From the sequence record SRR22947727_1620: DNA of 61,870 bases, one strand, 5' to 3'. The stretch's first letter is position 1. Each line of letters begins with the position of its first letter. The position numbers were made by a program, and so were the translations under genes. Positions 17,773 through 26,486 of this stretch are shown one piece after another. The notes beneath the pieces are model-generated. The model was not told where the DNA came from and searched no databases. It was given only the letters and a program-made list of their open reading frames with translations.

Positions 17773-18684
17773 ATGAAAATATTGATTACCGGTGCTACCG
17801 GATTAATAGGAAAAGAAATTATTAAACAGTGTCACATAGAGGGCATTAGCACACATTTTTTGACCACCTCAAAAGCCAAGTTGTCTTCTAAAGAAAATGA
17901 AAAAGGTTTTCTGTGGAATCCTTCTAAAGGAGCCATTGATTTAAATGCTTTTCAAGGCGTGACACACATCATTAATTTGGCTGGAAGTACCATTGCCCAA
18001 AGATGGACAGAGAAAAATAAAGCAGAAATTTTACATTCAAGATTAGACAGTATTAATACACTTATTAAAGGGATTAGGCAATTAAAAAGCCATTCCCTAA
18101 CCTACTTCTTAGGTGCTTCTGCCATAGGATATTACCCATCTGACTTTTCAAAAGAATACCCTTCAGATTGGCATTCTGAAAGTGGCAAAGCGTCCTTTTT
18201 AAGAGAAACTGTTTTGGCTTGGGAAGCGGCCAACGAGTCCGTAGCTTCTCTTGGATTAAGGTTGGGCCAACTTAGGATAGGTTTGGTGTTGGATCAGCAA
18301 GAAGGTGCCTTACCCCAATTTGTAACACCCATAAAGAATTTTGTGGGTGCTGCTTTTGGAAATGGTAAGCAGTGGCAGTCTTGGATTCACAAGGAAGATA
18401 TAGCGCGAATGTTTGTTTCTTTAAGCAAAAATGAATTAGAGGGTGTTTTTAACGGTGTAGCCCCCAACCCAGTGATCCAAAAGGAATTGGTTGCTGCCAT
18501 AGCACAACAACTCAATAAGCCTGTTTTACTGCCTAATGTACCTGGTTTTGTTATTTCTTTAATTCTTGGTGAAATGGCACATCTGGTCTTAGAAAGCCAA
18601 AAAGTGCAATCTGATCAATGGTTCGCTTTAGGTTTTGAATTTCATTTTCCTACTTTGCCTGAGGCACTTAGAGATTTGTTGTAA
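17773..18684 (+). CDS. TIGR01777/YfcH-like NAD(P)-dependent epimerase family protein
   Basis: ILITGATGLIG, INLAG, ASAIGYY, GKQWQSWIH. Confidence 0.88.
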   Translation: MKILITGATGLIGKEIIKQCHIEGISTHFLTTSKAKLSSKENEKGFLWNPSKGAIDLNAFQGVTHIINLAGSTIAQRWTEKNKAEILHSRLDSINTLIKGIRQLKSHSLTYFLGASAIGYYPSDFSKEYPSDWHSESGKASFLRETVLAWEAANESVASLGLRLGQLRIGLVLDQQEGALPQFVTPIKNFVGAAFGNGKQWQSWIHKEDIARMFVSLSKNELEGVFNGVAPNPVIQKELVAAIAQQLNKPVLLPNVPGFVISLILGEMAHLVLESQKVQSDQWFALGFEFHFPTLPEALRDLL

Positions 18685-18703
18685 TTCAAAGTGATAAAAG
18701 GAA

Positions 18704-18743
18704 TGACATTTTGGCATTTTTACAGCTTTGGCAGTACTTTTGA
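18704..18743 (+). promoter_or_regulatory. Candidate heat-shock control region of grpE-dnaJ
   Basis: TGACA-TTT-TGGCA imperfect palindrome (18704-18716); TTGGCAGTACTTTTGA (18728-18743), sigma54-like GG-N10-GA overlapping TACTTTTG. Confidence 0.5.
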
Positions 18744-18769
18744 ATAGTAGATTACAAATATTGAATCAC

Positions 18770-19363
18770 ATGAGTAAAGAGAATATAGATGCTGCTGCAT
18801 CTGACCAAAATGAAGTTCAAGATACAGAGATGACTTCACCAGAAAATAGCCAAGGATCTCAGCAAGATAATAATAGCGAATTTAATGACGCTGCTGTTGA
18901 AGACAGTCCAGAATCAGCTTTAGAAAAGCTAGAGAGAGCAGTAGCAAGCGAACAAGATAAATTTTTAAGGCTTTTTGCTGAATTTGAAAATTATAAAAAG
19001 AGAACCTCAAAAGAGAGAATGGATCTTTTTAAAACAGCCAACCAAGAGGTTATTGTTGCTATGTTACCGGTGGTCGACGACTTTGAAAGGGCTATGAAAG
19101 AATTGTCTAAAGACCAAGACTCAGAGCTTTACAAAGGTGTGGGTCTTATTCAGAATAAATTTTTAGGGATACTTAAAAACAAAGGTTTAGAAGAAGTAGT
19201 TGCTGCTGCGGGTGATACTTTTGATTCTGAAATGCACGATGCAATTACTCAGATTCCTGCGCCTAACAAGAAAATGAAGGGAAAAATTATAGATGTAATT
19301 GAAAAAGGTTTTCAATTAGGAGATAAAATTATTCGTCACCCAAAAGTAGTAGTTGGAAACTAA
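18770..19363 (+). CDS. grpE: Nucleotide exchange factor GrpE
   Basis: RLFAEFENYKKR, LPVVDDFERA, FDSEMHDAI, KGFQLGDKIIRHPKVVV. Confidence 0.96.
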   Translation: MSKENIDAAASDQNEVQDTEMTSPENSQGSQQDNNSEFNDAAVEDSPESALEKLERAVASEQDKFLRLFAEFENYKKRTSKERMDLFKTANQEVIVAMLPVVDDFERAMKELSKDQDSELYKGVGLIQNKFLGILKNKGLEEVVAAAGDTFDSEMHDAITQIPAPNKKMKGKIIDVIEKGFQLGDKIIRHPKVVVGN

Positions 19364-19372
19364 TTAAGTTCT

Positions 19373-20479
19373 ATGAAAGAAGATTTTTATGACATATTAG
19401 GTATTTCTAAAAGTGCCACAGCTGCAGAGATTAAAAAGGCTTATAGGAAAAAAGCCATTGAGTACCATCCAGATAAAAATCCTGGAGATTCAAAAGCAGA
19501 AGAGCTTTTTAAAAAATCTGCAGAGGCTTACGAAGTTTTAAGTGACCCTAATAAAAAAGCCAAATACGATCAGTATGGTCACCAAGCATTTGAAGGTGGA
19601 TTTGGTGGCGGTGGCGGAATGAATATGGATGACATATTTAGCCAATTTGGTGATGTTTTTGGTGGTGCCTTTGGAGGTGGATTTGGTGGATTCGGCGGCG
19701 GCGGCCAGCGAAGGGCTAAAGGGAGTAACCTTAGGATTAGGGTGAAACTAAATCTTGAAGAGGTAGCACAAGGGGTAGAGAAGACCGTAAAAGTCCGAAG
19801 AAAAAAGCAGGCAGATGGGGTTACTTATAAGACTTGCGCCACTTGTAATGGTCAGGGTCAAGTCACTAAAATTGCCAACACCATATTGGGTAGGATGCAA
19901 ACGGCTGCAACCTGTAGTAGCTGTAGTGGAAGCGGACAAATTATAGATTCCAAGCCAAATGATGCTGACGCTCAAGGAATGGTGGTTCAGGAAGACACTG
20001 TGAGTATTCAAATACCTGCAGGAGTAGAAGACGGAATGCAGTTAAAAGTTGGAGGAAAAGGCAATGATGCTCCTGGAAATGGTGTTCCTGGTGACTTAAT
20101 AGTTGCCATTGAGACTTTAGAGCATGAGACCTTGAAAAGAGAAGGAGATAACCTTCATTATGATTTATATATCAGTTTATCAGACGCTGTATTGGGGACT
20201 TCTAAAGATATTGATACTGTTTCTGGTAAAGCCAGAATTAAACTTGAGCCTGGTCTGCAGTCTGGAAAAATATTAAGACTCAGAGGGAAAGGTATCAAGA
20301 GTATTAATGGTTATGGAGCGGGAGATTTATTGGTGCACGTTAATGTATGGACACCAAAAGAATTGAATAAAGAGCAAAGGACCTTTTTTGAAAAGATGCA
20401 AGGAGATGAAAATTTTGAGCCAAAGCCGGAAAAATCTGATAAGTCATTTTTTGAAAAGGTAAAAGATATGTTTGCTTAA
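19373..20479 (+). CDS. dnaJ: Chaperone DnaJ
   Basis: J-domain HPD, G/F-rich region, CxxCxGxG repeats, adjacent to grpE. Confidence 0.97.
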   Translation: MKEDFYDILGISKSATAAEIKKAYRKKAIEYHPDKNPGDSKAEELFKKSAEAYEVLSDPNKKAKYDQYGHQAFEGGFGGGGGMNMDDIFSQFGDVFGGAFGGGFGGFGGGGQRRAKGSNLRIRVKLNLEEVAQGVEKTVKVRRKKQADGVTYKTCATCNGQGQVTKIANTILGRMQTAATCSSCSGSGQIIDSKPNDADAQGMVVQEDTVSIQIPAGVEDGMQLKVGGKGNDAPGNGVPGDLIVAIETLEHETLKREGDNLHYDLYISLSDAVLGTSKDIDTVSGKARIKLEPGLQSGKILRLRGKGIKSINGYGAGDLLVHVNVWTPKELNKEQRTFFEKMQGDENFEPKPEKSDKSFFEKVKDMFA

Positions 20480-20521
20480 ACCTTTTTGTTGTTTTATGTA
20501 GAATTTATGTATATTTGATTT

Positions 20522-20611
20522 TTACTTAATAGTACAACTATTAGGTAATTCTTTTTCATAGCAATTTTTTTTCCCATCCTTAGAACTCGTTTTAAGGGTG
20601 GGTTTTGCTTT
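20522..20611 (+). ncRNA. Putative stand-alone small RNA (~85-90 nt)
   Basis: Own promoter (TTTG 20485-20488, TATATTTG 20510-20517), 5' hairpin 20524-20546, unpaired U-rich segment, terminator 20573-20602 followed by TTTTGCTTTT. Confidence 0.65.
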
Positions 20612-20666
20612 TAAAGGCCGCTTGGTGTCAGTTTATTTGCTTATTTTAGAAGCGTAAATAATTCTT

Positions 20667-21515
20667 ATGAATGCGATTCAGAAATTTTTAGGGCTTATAA
20701 AAAATGCGCTGACTACTCCATTGTTCCCATCGGATACAATTCATATTACCATAGGGACTATTCTTTTAATTATAACAGCCCTAATTTTTGTAAGTTATCT
20801 TTTGAAGCTTATTAAAAAGATTGTTAATGCAAAATTACCTGAAGAAGACAAAAATAAGTTTGCAAGCATATTTGGGTTTTTAAAGTATCTCTTCTATATA
20901 CTGGTTACGATAACGGTCTTACATTCTTCCGGTATTGATCTCACTGTTTTTCTTACAGCCTCTGCCGCTTTATTTGTTGGTCTTGGTTTTGCACTTCAAT
21001 ACTTATTTCAAGACATTATTTCAGGTATTTTGATCATTTTAGATCAATCACTACACGTTGGAGACATTATTGAAGTAGATCAGAAGGTGGGTAAGGTATT
21101 TGAAATTAAATTGAGAACCACCAGAGCCATTACCAGAGACGACAAGGTGATAGTCATTCCAAATCATATTTTCCTAACAAACAGTATTTTTAATTATACG
21201 CAAAACCATAAAACAACCCGTGAAAAGGTCACTATAGGCGTGTCTTATGCATCAGATATAAATTTAGTGACTGATTTACTAGTGTCAGTTGCTGTAGCTC
21301 AAAAAGGCGTCTTAAAATCTCCTAAACCTTTTGTTTTATTTGATGATTTCGGAGATTCCGCCCTGGTATTTTCGCTGCACTTTTCTATTGCAGATTCTTT
21401 CACGGATCCCAAGTTGAAAAGTGAGATTCGTTATAAAATTGCAGCGATTTTTAAAGATAATAAGGTGTCCATTCCATTTCCACAAAGAGATGTTCACCTG
21501 TATAAACATCCCTAA
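20667..21515 (+). CDS. Small-conductance mechanosensitive channel (MscS family)
   Basis: VGLGFALQ..DIISG, VGDIIEV, IPNH, IPFPQRDVHL. Confidence 0.92.
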   Translation: MNAIQKFLGLIKNALTTPLFPSDTIHITIGTILLIITALIFVSYLLKLIKKIVNAKLPEEDKNKFASIFGFLKYLFYILVTITVLHSSGIDLTVFLTASAALFVGLGFALQYLFQDIISGILIILDQSLHVGDIIEVDQKVGKVFEIKLRTTRAITRDDKVIVIPNHIFLTNSIFNYTQNHKTTREKVTIGVSYASDINLVTDLLVSVAVAQKGVLKSPKPFVLFDDFGDSALVFSLHFSIADSFTDPKLKSEIRYKIAAIFKDNKVSIPFPQRDVHLYKHP

Positions 21516-22685
21516 ATGAATTCAAATATTCTTGTTGTTGAAGATGAAGCAGCTATTAGTAGGGTGCTTGTAAAAATACTATCAGAAGCCTTTGAGACTT
21601 ATGAAATAGAGGCTGCCTTTGATGGGCAATCTGCTATTGAAATGATTCAAAGCAAGGACTATGCCTTAGTTTTATGTGATATTAAAATGCCTAAAATGGA
21701 TGGGGTAGAAGTGCTTATTAAAGCTAAAGAAATTGCGCCATTTACTTCATTCATTATGATATCTGGTCATGGCGATCTTGAAACTGCTGTGGAAACAATG
21801 CGATTGGGTGCTTTTGATTATATTTCAAAACCGCCTGATTTAAACAGGTTGTTGACCGCTGCAAGGAATGCCCTTGAGAAAAAAGATTTATTGGTTGAGA
21901 ATACTTTGCTCAAACAAAAAGTATCTAATGGATATGAAATGATCGGTAAAAGTGAAGCCATATCTCATGTGCAACAAATGATTGATAAAGTAGCTCCAAC
22001 AGACGCAAGGGTTTTGATTACTGGCCCTAATGGTAGTGGAAAAGAATTGGTTGCCCATTGGATTCACCAAAAAGGGCCTAGGCTAACAGCAGCCTTTGTA
22101 GAGGTGAATTGTGCTGCTATTCCTTCTGAACTTATTGAAAGTGAATTATTTGGTCACGTAAAAGGGGCTTTTACCTCTGCTGTAAAAGATCGGTCAGGAA
22201 AATTTGAAATGGCACATGGGGGTACCCTATTTTTAGATGAGATAGGGGATATGAGTCTTTCTGCTCAGGCTAAAGTACTTAGGGCTTTACAAGAGCAAAA
22301 AATCACTAGGGTAGGCTCTGATAAAGACATTAAAGTAGATGTGCGGGTTTTAGCTGCCACTAATAAAAACCTTAAAGAAGAGATTAAGGAAGGGCGTTTT
22401 AGAGAAGATTTATACCACCGTTTGGCCGTAATTATTATTGATGTACCGGCTTTAAATGAACGAAAAGAAGACATTCCATTACTGATTAATCATTTTTCAA
22501 ATCAAATAGCCAATGCTCAGGGTGCCCAACCCAAAGTTTTTTCACAAGAGGCCATTAGTGCGCTACAGTCTTATGATTGGACTGGAAATATTAGAGAATT
22601 ACGCAATGTTGTTGAGCGACTGTTAATTTTAGGCGCTACTGAAATAAGCAGTGAAGACGTGCGTTTATTTGCTTCTAAAAATTAA
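21516..22685 (+). CDS. Sigma54-interacting response regulator (NtrX/NtrC-like, REC + AAA+, no C-terminal HTH)
   Basis: REC (VEDE, LCDIKMP, KP), Walker A GPNGSGKE, ESELFGHVKGAFTSA, FLDEIGD, WTGNIRELRN; ends right after the AAA+ lid. Confidence 0.9.
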   Translation: MNSNILVVEDEAAISRVLVKILSEAFETYEIEAAFDGQSAIEMIQSKDYALVLCDIKMPKMDGVEVLIKAKEIAPFTSFIMISGHGDLETAVETMRLGAFDYISKPPDLNRLLTAARNALEKKDLLVENTLLKQKVSNGYEMIGKSEAISHVQQMIDKVAPTDARVLITGPNGSGKELVAHWIHQKGPRLTAAFVEVNCAAIPSELIESELFGHVKGAFTSAVKDRSGKFEMAHGGTLFLDEIGDMSLSAQAKVLRALQEQKITRVGSDKDIKVDVRVLAATNKNLKEEIKEGRFREDLYHRLAVIIIDVPALNERKEDIPLLINHFSNQIANAQGAQPKVFSQEAISALQSYDWTGNIRELRNVVERLLILGATEISSEDVRLFASKN

Positions 22686-22695
22686 AATTGATAAT

Positions 22696-24090
22696 ATGAA
22701 ATTGAGACTAATTATTCTGTTCACTTTTTGTGGCATCGGCCTTCAGGCCCAAGAAAATTTAGATAATTCCTTTATTAAAAGTATCTATGATACTGCACTA
22801 AGTGAGAGTAGGTCATACGATTGGCTGAACCATTTGTCCAACCAGATTGGAGGGCGTTTGTCTGGATCGGTTCAAGCAGAACAGGCAGTAGATTATACCT
22901 ATAAAGTGATCGAAGATTTGAAGCTAGACAAGTTTTGGAAGCAAGAAATAACCGTACCAAAGTGGGTGAGGGGAACCCCTGAATTTGCCTATATGGAATT
23001 ATCTCCTGGGGCAACTACGAACATTCCTATTCTAGCATTGGGTGGATCTGTGGCCACACCTTCTTTAGGAATCAAAGCGGAACTTATTGAAGTGACCTCT
23101 TTGGATGAATTGAAAACATTGGGCAAAAAAGCCATTTCTGGTAAAATAGTTTTTTTCAATAGGCCTATGGACCCTAAAATGATCAATACATTTAATGCTT
23201 ATTCAAAAGCGGTGGATCAAAGGTCTAAGGGCGCAGCTGAGGCTGCTAAATATGGTGCTCTAGGTGTGATAGTGAGGTCTATGAATTTAAGATTAGATGA
23301 CTTTCCTCACACTGGTGGTATGTCTTATGGTGGCCTTTCTGACGCCATGAAAATTCCTGCTGCAGCGGTCTCTACAAACCATGCAAATTTTTTAAGCACT
23401 ACCCTAAAATTAAACCCTTCTTTGAAATTTTATTTCAAACAAAATTGCAAAACACTTGCAGATGTGCCTTCTCACAATGTGATTGGAGAAATTAGGGGCA
23501 GTGAATTCCCTGAGGAAATTATTGTTATTGGTGGGCATTTAGATTCTTGGGATGTAGGAGATGGTGCCCATGACGACGGTGCAGGTTGCGTGCAAAGCAT
23601 GGCTGTTTTAGAGATACTAAAGAAGCTAAATTACACCCCAAAAAGAACGATTAGGGTAGTGATGTTTATGAATGAAGAAAATGGACTTAGGGGTGGAACA
23701 GCTTATGCCAAAAGAGCCGTTGAGCTGGGGGAGCAACATATATTCGCCCTTGAGAGTGACTCTGGTGGCTTTACACCTAGGGGTTTTTCCTTTGATGCGT
23801 CTGCTGCAAACATGTCACAAATCATGGAATGGAAAGTGTTATTTGAACCTTATATGGCCCACACTTTCACAGAAGGTGGTTCGGGCGCAGATATTGGACC
23901 TTTAAAAAATGAGGGCATTGTTTTGGCCGGATTGAGGCCAGATACTCAGCGTTATTTTGACCACCACCACGCAGCTACAGATACTTTTGATGCGGTGAAT
24001 AAGAGAGAGTTGGATATGGGGTCAGCAGCAATGACTGCCCTGGTATATTTATTTGATCGCTATGGTTTAGAAGCTGCTGAAATTAAATAG
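22696..24090 (+). CDS. Secreted M28 family peptidase (carboxypeptidase Q-like)
   Basis: Signal peptide; GGHLDSWD, GAHDDGAG, NEENGLRG, ESDSG, HHAATDT. Confidence 0.9.
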   Translation: MKLRLIILFTFCGIGLQAQENLDNSFIKSIYDTALSESRSYDWLNHLSNQIGGRLSGSVQAEQAVDYTYKVIEDLKLDKFWKQEITVPKWVRGTPEFAYMELSPGATTNIPILALGGSVATPSLGIKAELIEVTSLDELKTLGKKAISGKIVFFNRPMDPKMINTFNAYSKAVDQRSKGAAEAAKYGALGVIVRSMNLRLDDFPHTGGMSYGGLSDAMKIPAAAVSTNHANFLSTTLKLNPSLKFYFKQNCKTLADVPSHNVIGEIRGSEFPEEIIVIGGHLDSWDVGDGAHDDGAGCVQSMAVLEILKKLNYTPKRTIRVVMFMNEENGLRGGTAYAKRAVELGEQHIFALESDSGGFTPRGFSFDASAANMSQIMEWKVLFEPYMAHTFTEGGSGADIGPLKNEGIVLAGLRPDTQRYFDHHHAATDTFDAVNKRELDMGSAAMTALVYLFDRYGLEAAEIK

Positions 24091-24126
24091 AATTCTTATA
24101 TTTGCCCTTCATTAAAAAAAGTGATT

Positions 24127-25059
24127 ATGCAAGACGGAATTTACGCCAAATTCAATACCTCTAAAGGCGCTATTACAGTAAAATTAACCCATGACAAAAC
24201 ACCTGGTACTGTAGGTAACTTAGTGGCATTGGCAGAGGGAAGTTTAGAAAATAATGTAAAACCACAAGGAACCCCTTACTACGATGGATTAAAATTCCAT
24301 AGGGTTATTCCAGATTTCATGATTCAAGGGGGGTGTCCTTTAGGAACAGGAACTGGTGACGGTGGATATAAGTTTGACGACGAATTTCACCCAGATTTAA
24401 CACATAATGGACCTGGTGTATTGTCAATGGCTAATGCTGGACCAGGGACCAATGGAACGCAGTTTTTTATTACGCATATAGCGACCCCTTGGTTGGATAA
24501 TAAACACACTGTTTTTGGACATGTGGTAGAAGGACAAGATGTTGTAGACGCTATTGCACAAGGAGACACTTTAGACACTTTAGAGATTGTAAGGGTTGGA
24601 GCATCAGCTGAGGCTTGGAATGCGGTAGAAGCTTTCAGAACTTTTGAGGGATCTAGAGAAAAGCGTTTGGCTGAAGCTAAAGCGGCTCAAACAGATGCTT
24701 TGGATCAAGTATCTGCTGGTTTTTCTGAGACTGCTTCTGGATTGAGATATCAGATTATTCAAAAAGGTACTGGTGCTAAAGCGGAAAAGGGTCAGCAAGT
24801 TTCAGTGCATTATCAAGGTGCACTAATAGATGGAACTGTTTTTGATTCTTCCTATAAAAGAAAAGAGCCTATTGAATTTCAATTGGGTATTGGTCAAGTA
24901 ATCTCAGGTTGGGATGAAGGCTTACAATTGTTACACGTAGGTGATAAAGCCCGATTTGTAATTCCATCTGATTTGGCATATGGAAGTGCTGGTGCTGGTG
25001 GTGTTATTCCTCCAGATGCTATTTTGGTTTTTGATGTAGAGCTTGTAGGGGCTAAGTAA
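24127..25059 (+). CDS. Peptidyl-prolyl isomerase, cyclophilin-FKBP fusion
   Basis: Cyclophilin FHRVIPDFMIQGG, SMANAGP..NGTQFFIT; FKBP VHYQG..FDSS, GQVISGWDEG, LAYG..IPP. Confidence 0.95.
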   Translation: MQDGIYAKFNTSKGAITVKLTHDKTPGTVGNLVALAEGSLENNVKPQGTPYYDGLKFHRVIPDFMIQGGCPLGTGTGDGGYKFDDEFHPDLTHNGPGVLSMANAGPGTNGTQFFITHIATPWLDNKHTVFGHVVEGQDVVDAIAQGDTLDTLEIVRVGASAEAWNAVEAFRTFEGSREKRLAEAKAAQTDALDQVSAGFSETASGLRYQIIQKGTGAKAEKGQQVSVHYQGALIDGTVFDSSYKRKEPIEFQLGIGQVISGWDEGLQLLHVGDKARFVIPSDLAYGSAGAGGVIPPDAILVFDVELVGAK

Positions 25060-25072
25060 TATAAACTTTTTG

Positions 25073-25143
25073 CTGACAACACCACAGTATACTGACAATA
25101 CCAAAGTATACTGGCAACACCACAGCAGAAATGGTGTTGTCAG
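25073..25143. repeat. Three tandem 19-bp units plus one inverted partial copy
   Basis: CTGACAACACCACAGTATA / CTGACAATACCAAAGTATA / CTGGCAACACCACAGCAGA, then TGGTGTTGTCAG at 25132-25143. Confidence 0.9.
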
Positions 25144-25200
25144 TAATAATGAGGATTTTAAAATCCAAGCCTCGCGAGGCTTTAAGTGTTTTAACTTCAT

Positions 25201-25230
25201 AAAAAAAGCCTGTCCAAATGGACAGGCTTT
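25201..25230 (-). terminator. Intrinsic terminator of the cold-shock gene (possibly bidirectional)
   Basis: AAAAAAAGCCTGTCCA-AA-TGGACAGGCTTT. Confidence 0.8.
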
Positions 25231-25255
25231 AGTTTTTTGAAAAGGTTGTATATGA

Positions 25256-25447
25256 TTAGATCACTTTAACGTTTACCGCATTCAATCCTTTTTTTCCTTG
25301 CTCAAGTTCGAATTCTACTTCATCCCCTTCACGAATCTCATCGATTAAACCTGAGATGTGTACGAAATGTTCTTTACCTGCTCCTTCTTCACTGATAAAA
25401 CCGAATCCTTTGGTGTCGTTGAAGAATTTTACTGTTCCTTTGTTCAT
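25256..25447 (-). CDS. Cold-shock protein (CspA family)
   Basis: GTVKFFN..KGFGFI (RNP1), FVHIS (RNP2); 63 aa. Confidence 0.96.
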   Translation of the reverse strand: MNKGTVKFFNDTKGFGFISEEGAGKEHFVHISGLIDEIREGDEVEFELEQGKKGLNAVNVKVI

Positions 25448-25561
25448 TACTAAAAATTAAAAAATTATATTAGTTGCAAATGTAAGATATATATTTATAA
25501 ATCCTTTCAATTAAGTGACTTATATTTTTAATTGCCTAAAAATAATACATAATTCTACTAA

Positions 25562-26104
25562 ATGAGTGCCTCAAATTTTGACCCAATAGTATTTCCAATT
25601 GGGAAGTATACGCCTGTAGGTCAGTTTAATCGCCTGCAAATAAACGAATGGATAGCGGAAGTGGATCAGTTACCTACTTTACTTGCAAAGCTATCTAGTC
25701 AGTTCAAAGAATCATTTTTAGATAGCTCTCTTAGATCTGGCGCATGGACCATAAGACAACTCATTCATCATATTGCGGACAGTCACCATCATGCGTATAC
25801 CCGGTTTAAATGGACCCTCACTGAAAATGAACCAATGATAAAAGCTTATGATGAAAAAGCTTGGTCTGCGCTTTCAGATGCAACAGCACCCATACAACTC
25901 TCTTTAGACCATCTTAGTTCAGTACACCGTAAGTGGGTTTTTTTATTAGAGAAAATGAATGAGAATGACTTTAGCAAGCGTTTTCAACATCCAGAGACCA
26001 AGTCTTTTCATTTTTTGTATGATTATTTAGGGGTTTATGCCTGGCATGGCAACCACCATCTGGCTCAAATAAAGGAAGCTTTTGCAAGATTTAATCAAAA
26101 TTGA
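25562..26104 (+). CDS. YfiT/BstA family (DinB superfamily) thiol transferase
   Basis: FPIG, WTIRQLIHHIADSH, YDEKAW, YAWHGNHHLAQI. Confidence 0.88.
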   Translation: MSASNFDPIVFPIGKYTPVGQFNRLQINEWIAEVDQLPTLLAKLSSQFKESFLDSSLRSGAWTIRQLIHHIADSHHHAYTRFKWTLTENEPMIKAYDEKAWSALSDATAPIQLSLDHLSSVHRKWVFLLEKMNENDFSKRFQHPETKSFHFLYDYLGVYAWHGNHHLAQIKEAFARFNQN

Positions 26105-26142
26105 TATTTTTAAAATAAACCTAAATTTTTAACACAATACCT

Positions 26143-26484
26143 ATGGAGTCCAATCAGATAAATTGGGGTGATTTTGAAAAAGTAGCTATCCGTGTTGGTA
26201 CAGTTATAGATGCATTAGATTTCCCTGAGGCACACAAACCAGCCTACAAACTTTTTATTGATTTTGGGGTACCTACGGGTGTACTGAAAACGTCTGCTCA
26301 AATCACCAAGCTTTACAGTAAAAAGGAATTGATTGGAAAACAACTCATAGCGGTTGTTAATTTTCCAGAAAAGCAAATTGCCCATTTTAAAAGTCAATGT
26401 TTGGTTTTGGGTGCAGTGAATGGAGACGAGGTTACTTTACTACAGCCTATGTCTAAAGTTAAGAACGGATTAAAAATTTCATAA
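26143..26484 (+). CDS. csaA: tRNA-binding/export chaperone CsaA-like OB-fold protein
   Basis: DFEKVAIRVGTV, KPAYKL.IDFG, SAQIT, VVNFPEKQIA. Confidence 0.85.
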   Translation: MESNQINWGDFEKVAIRVGTVIDALDFPEAHKPAYKLFIDFGVPTGVLKTSAQITKLYSKKELIGKQLIAVVNFPEKQIAHFKSQCLVLGAVNGDEVTLLQPMSKVKNGLKIS

Positions 26485-26486
26485 TA

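Noticed and set aside
25073-25143. CRISPR array
   Set aside because: Units are 19 bp and directly adjacent, with no unique spacers; no cas genes in the window.
24931-25200. 89-aa minus-strand ORF across the repeat region
   Set aside because: Overlaps the PPIase 3' end, starts directly after a terminator and has no recognisable protein features.
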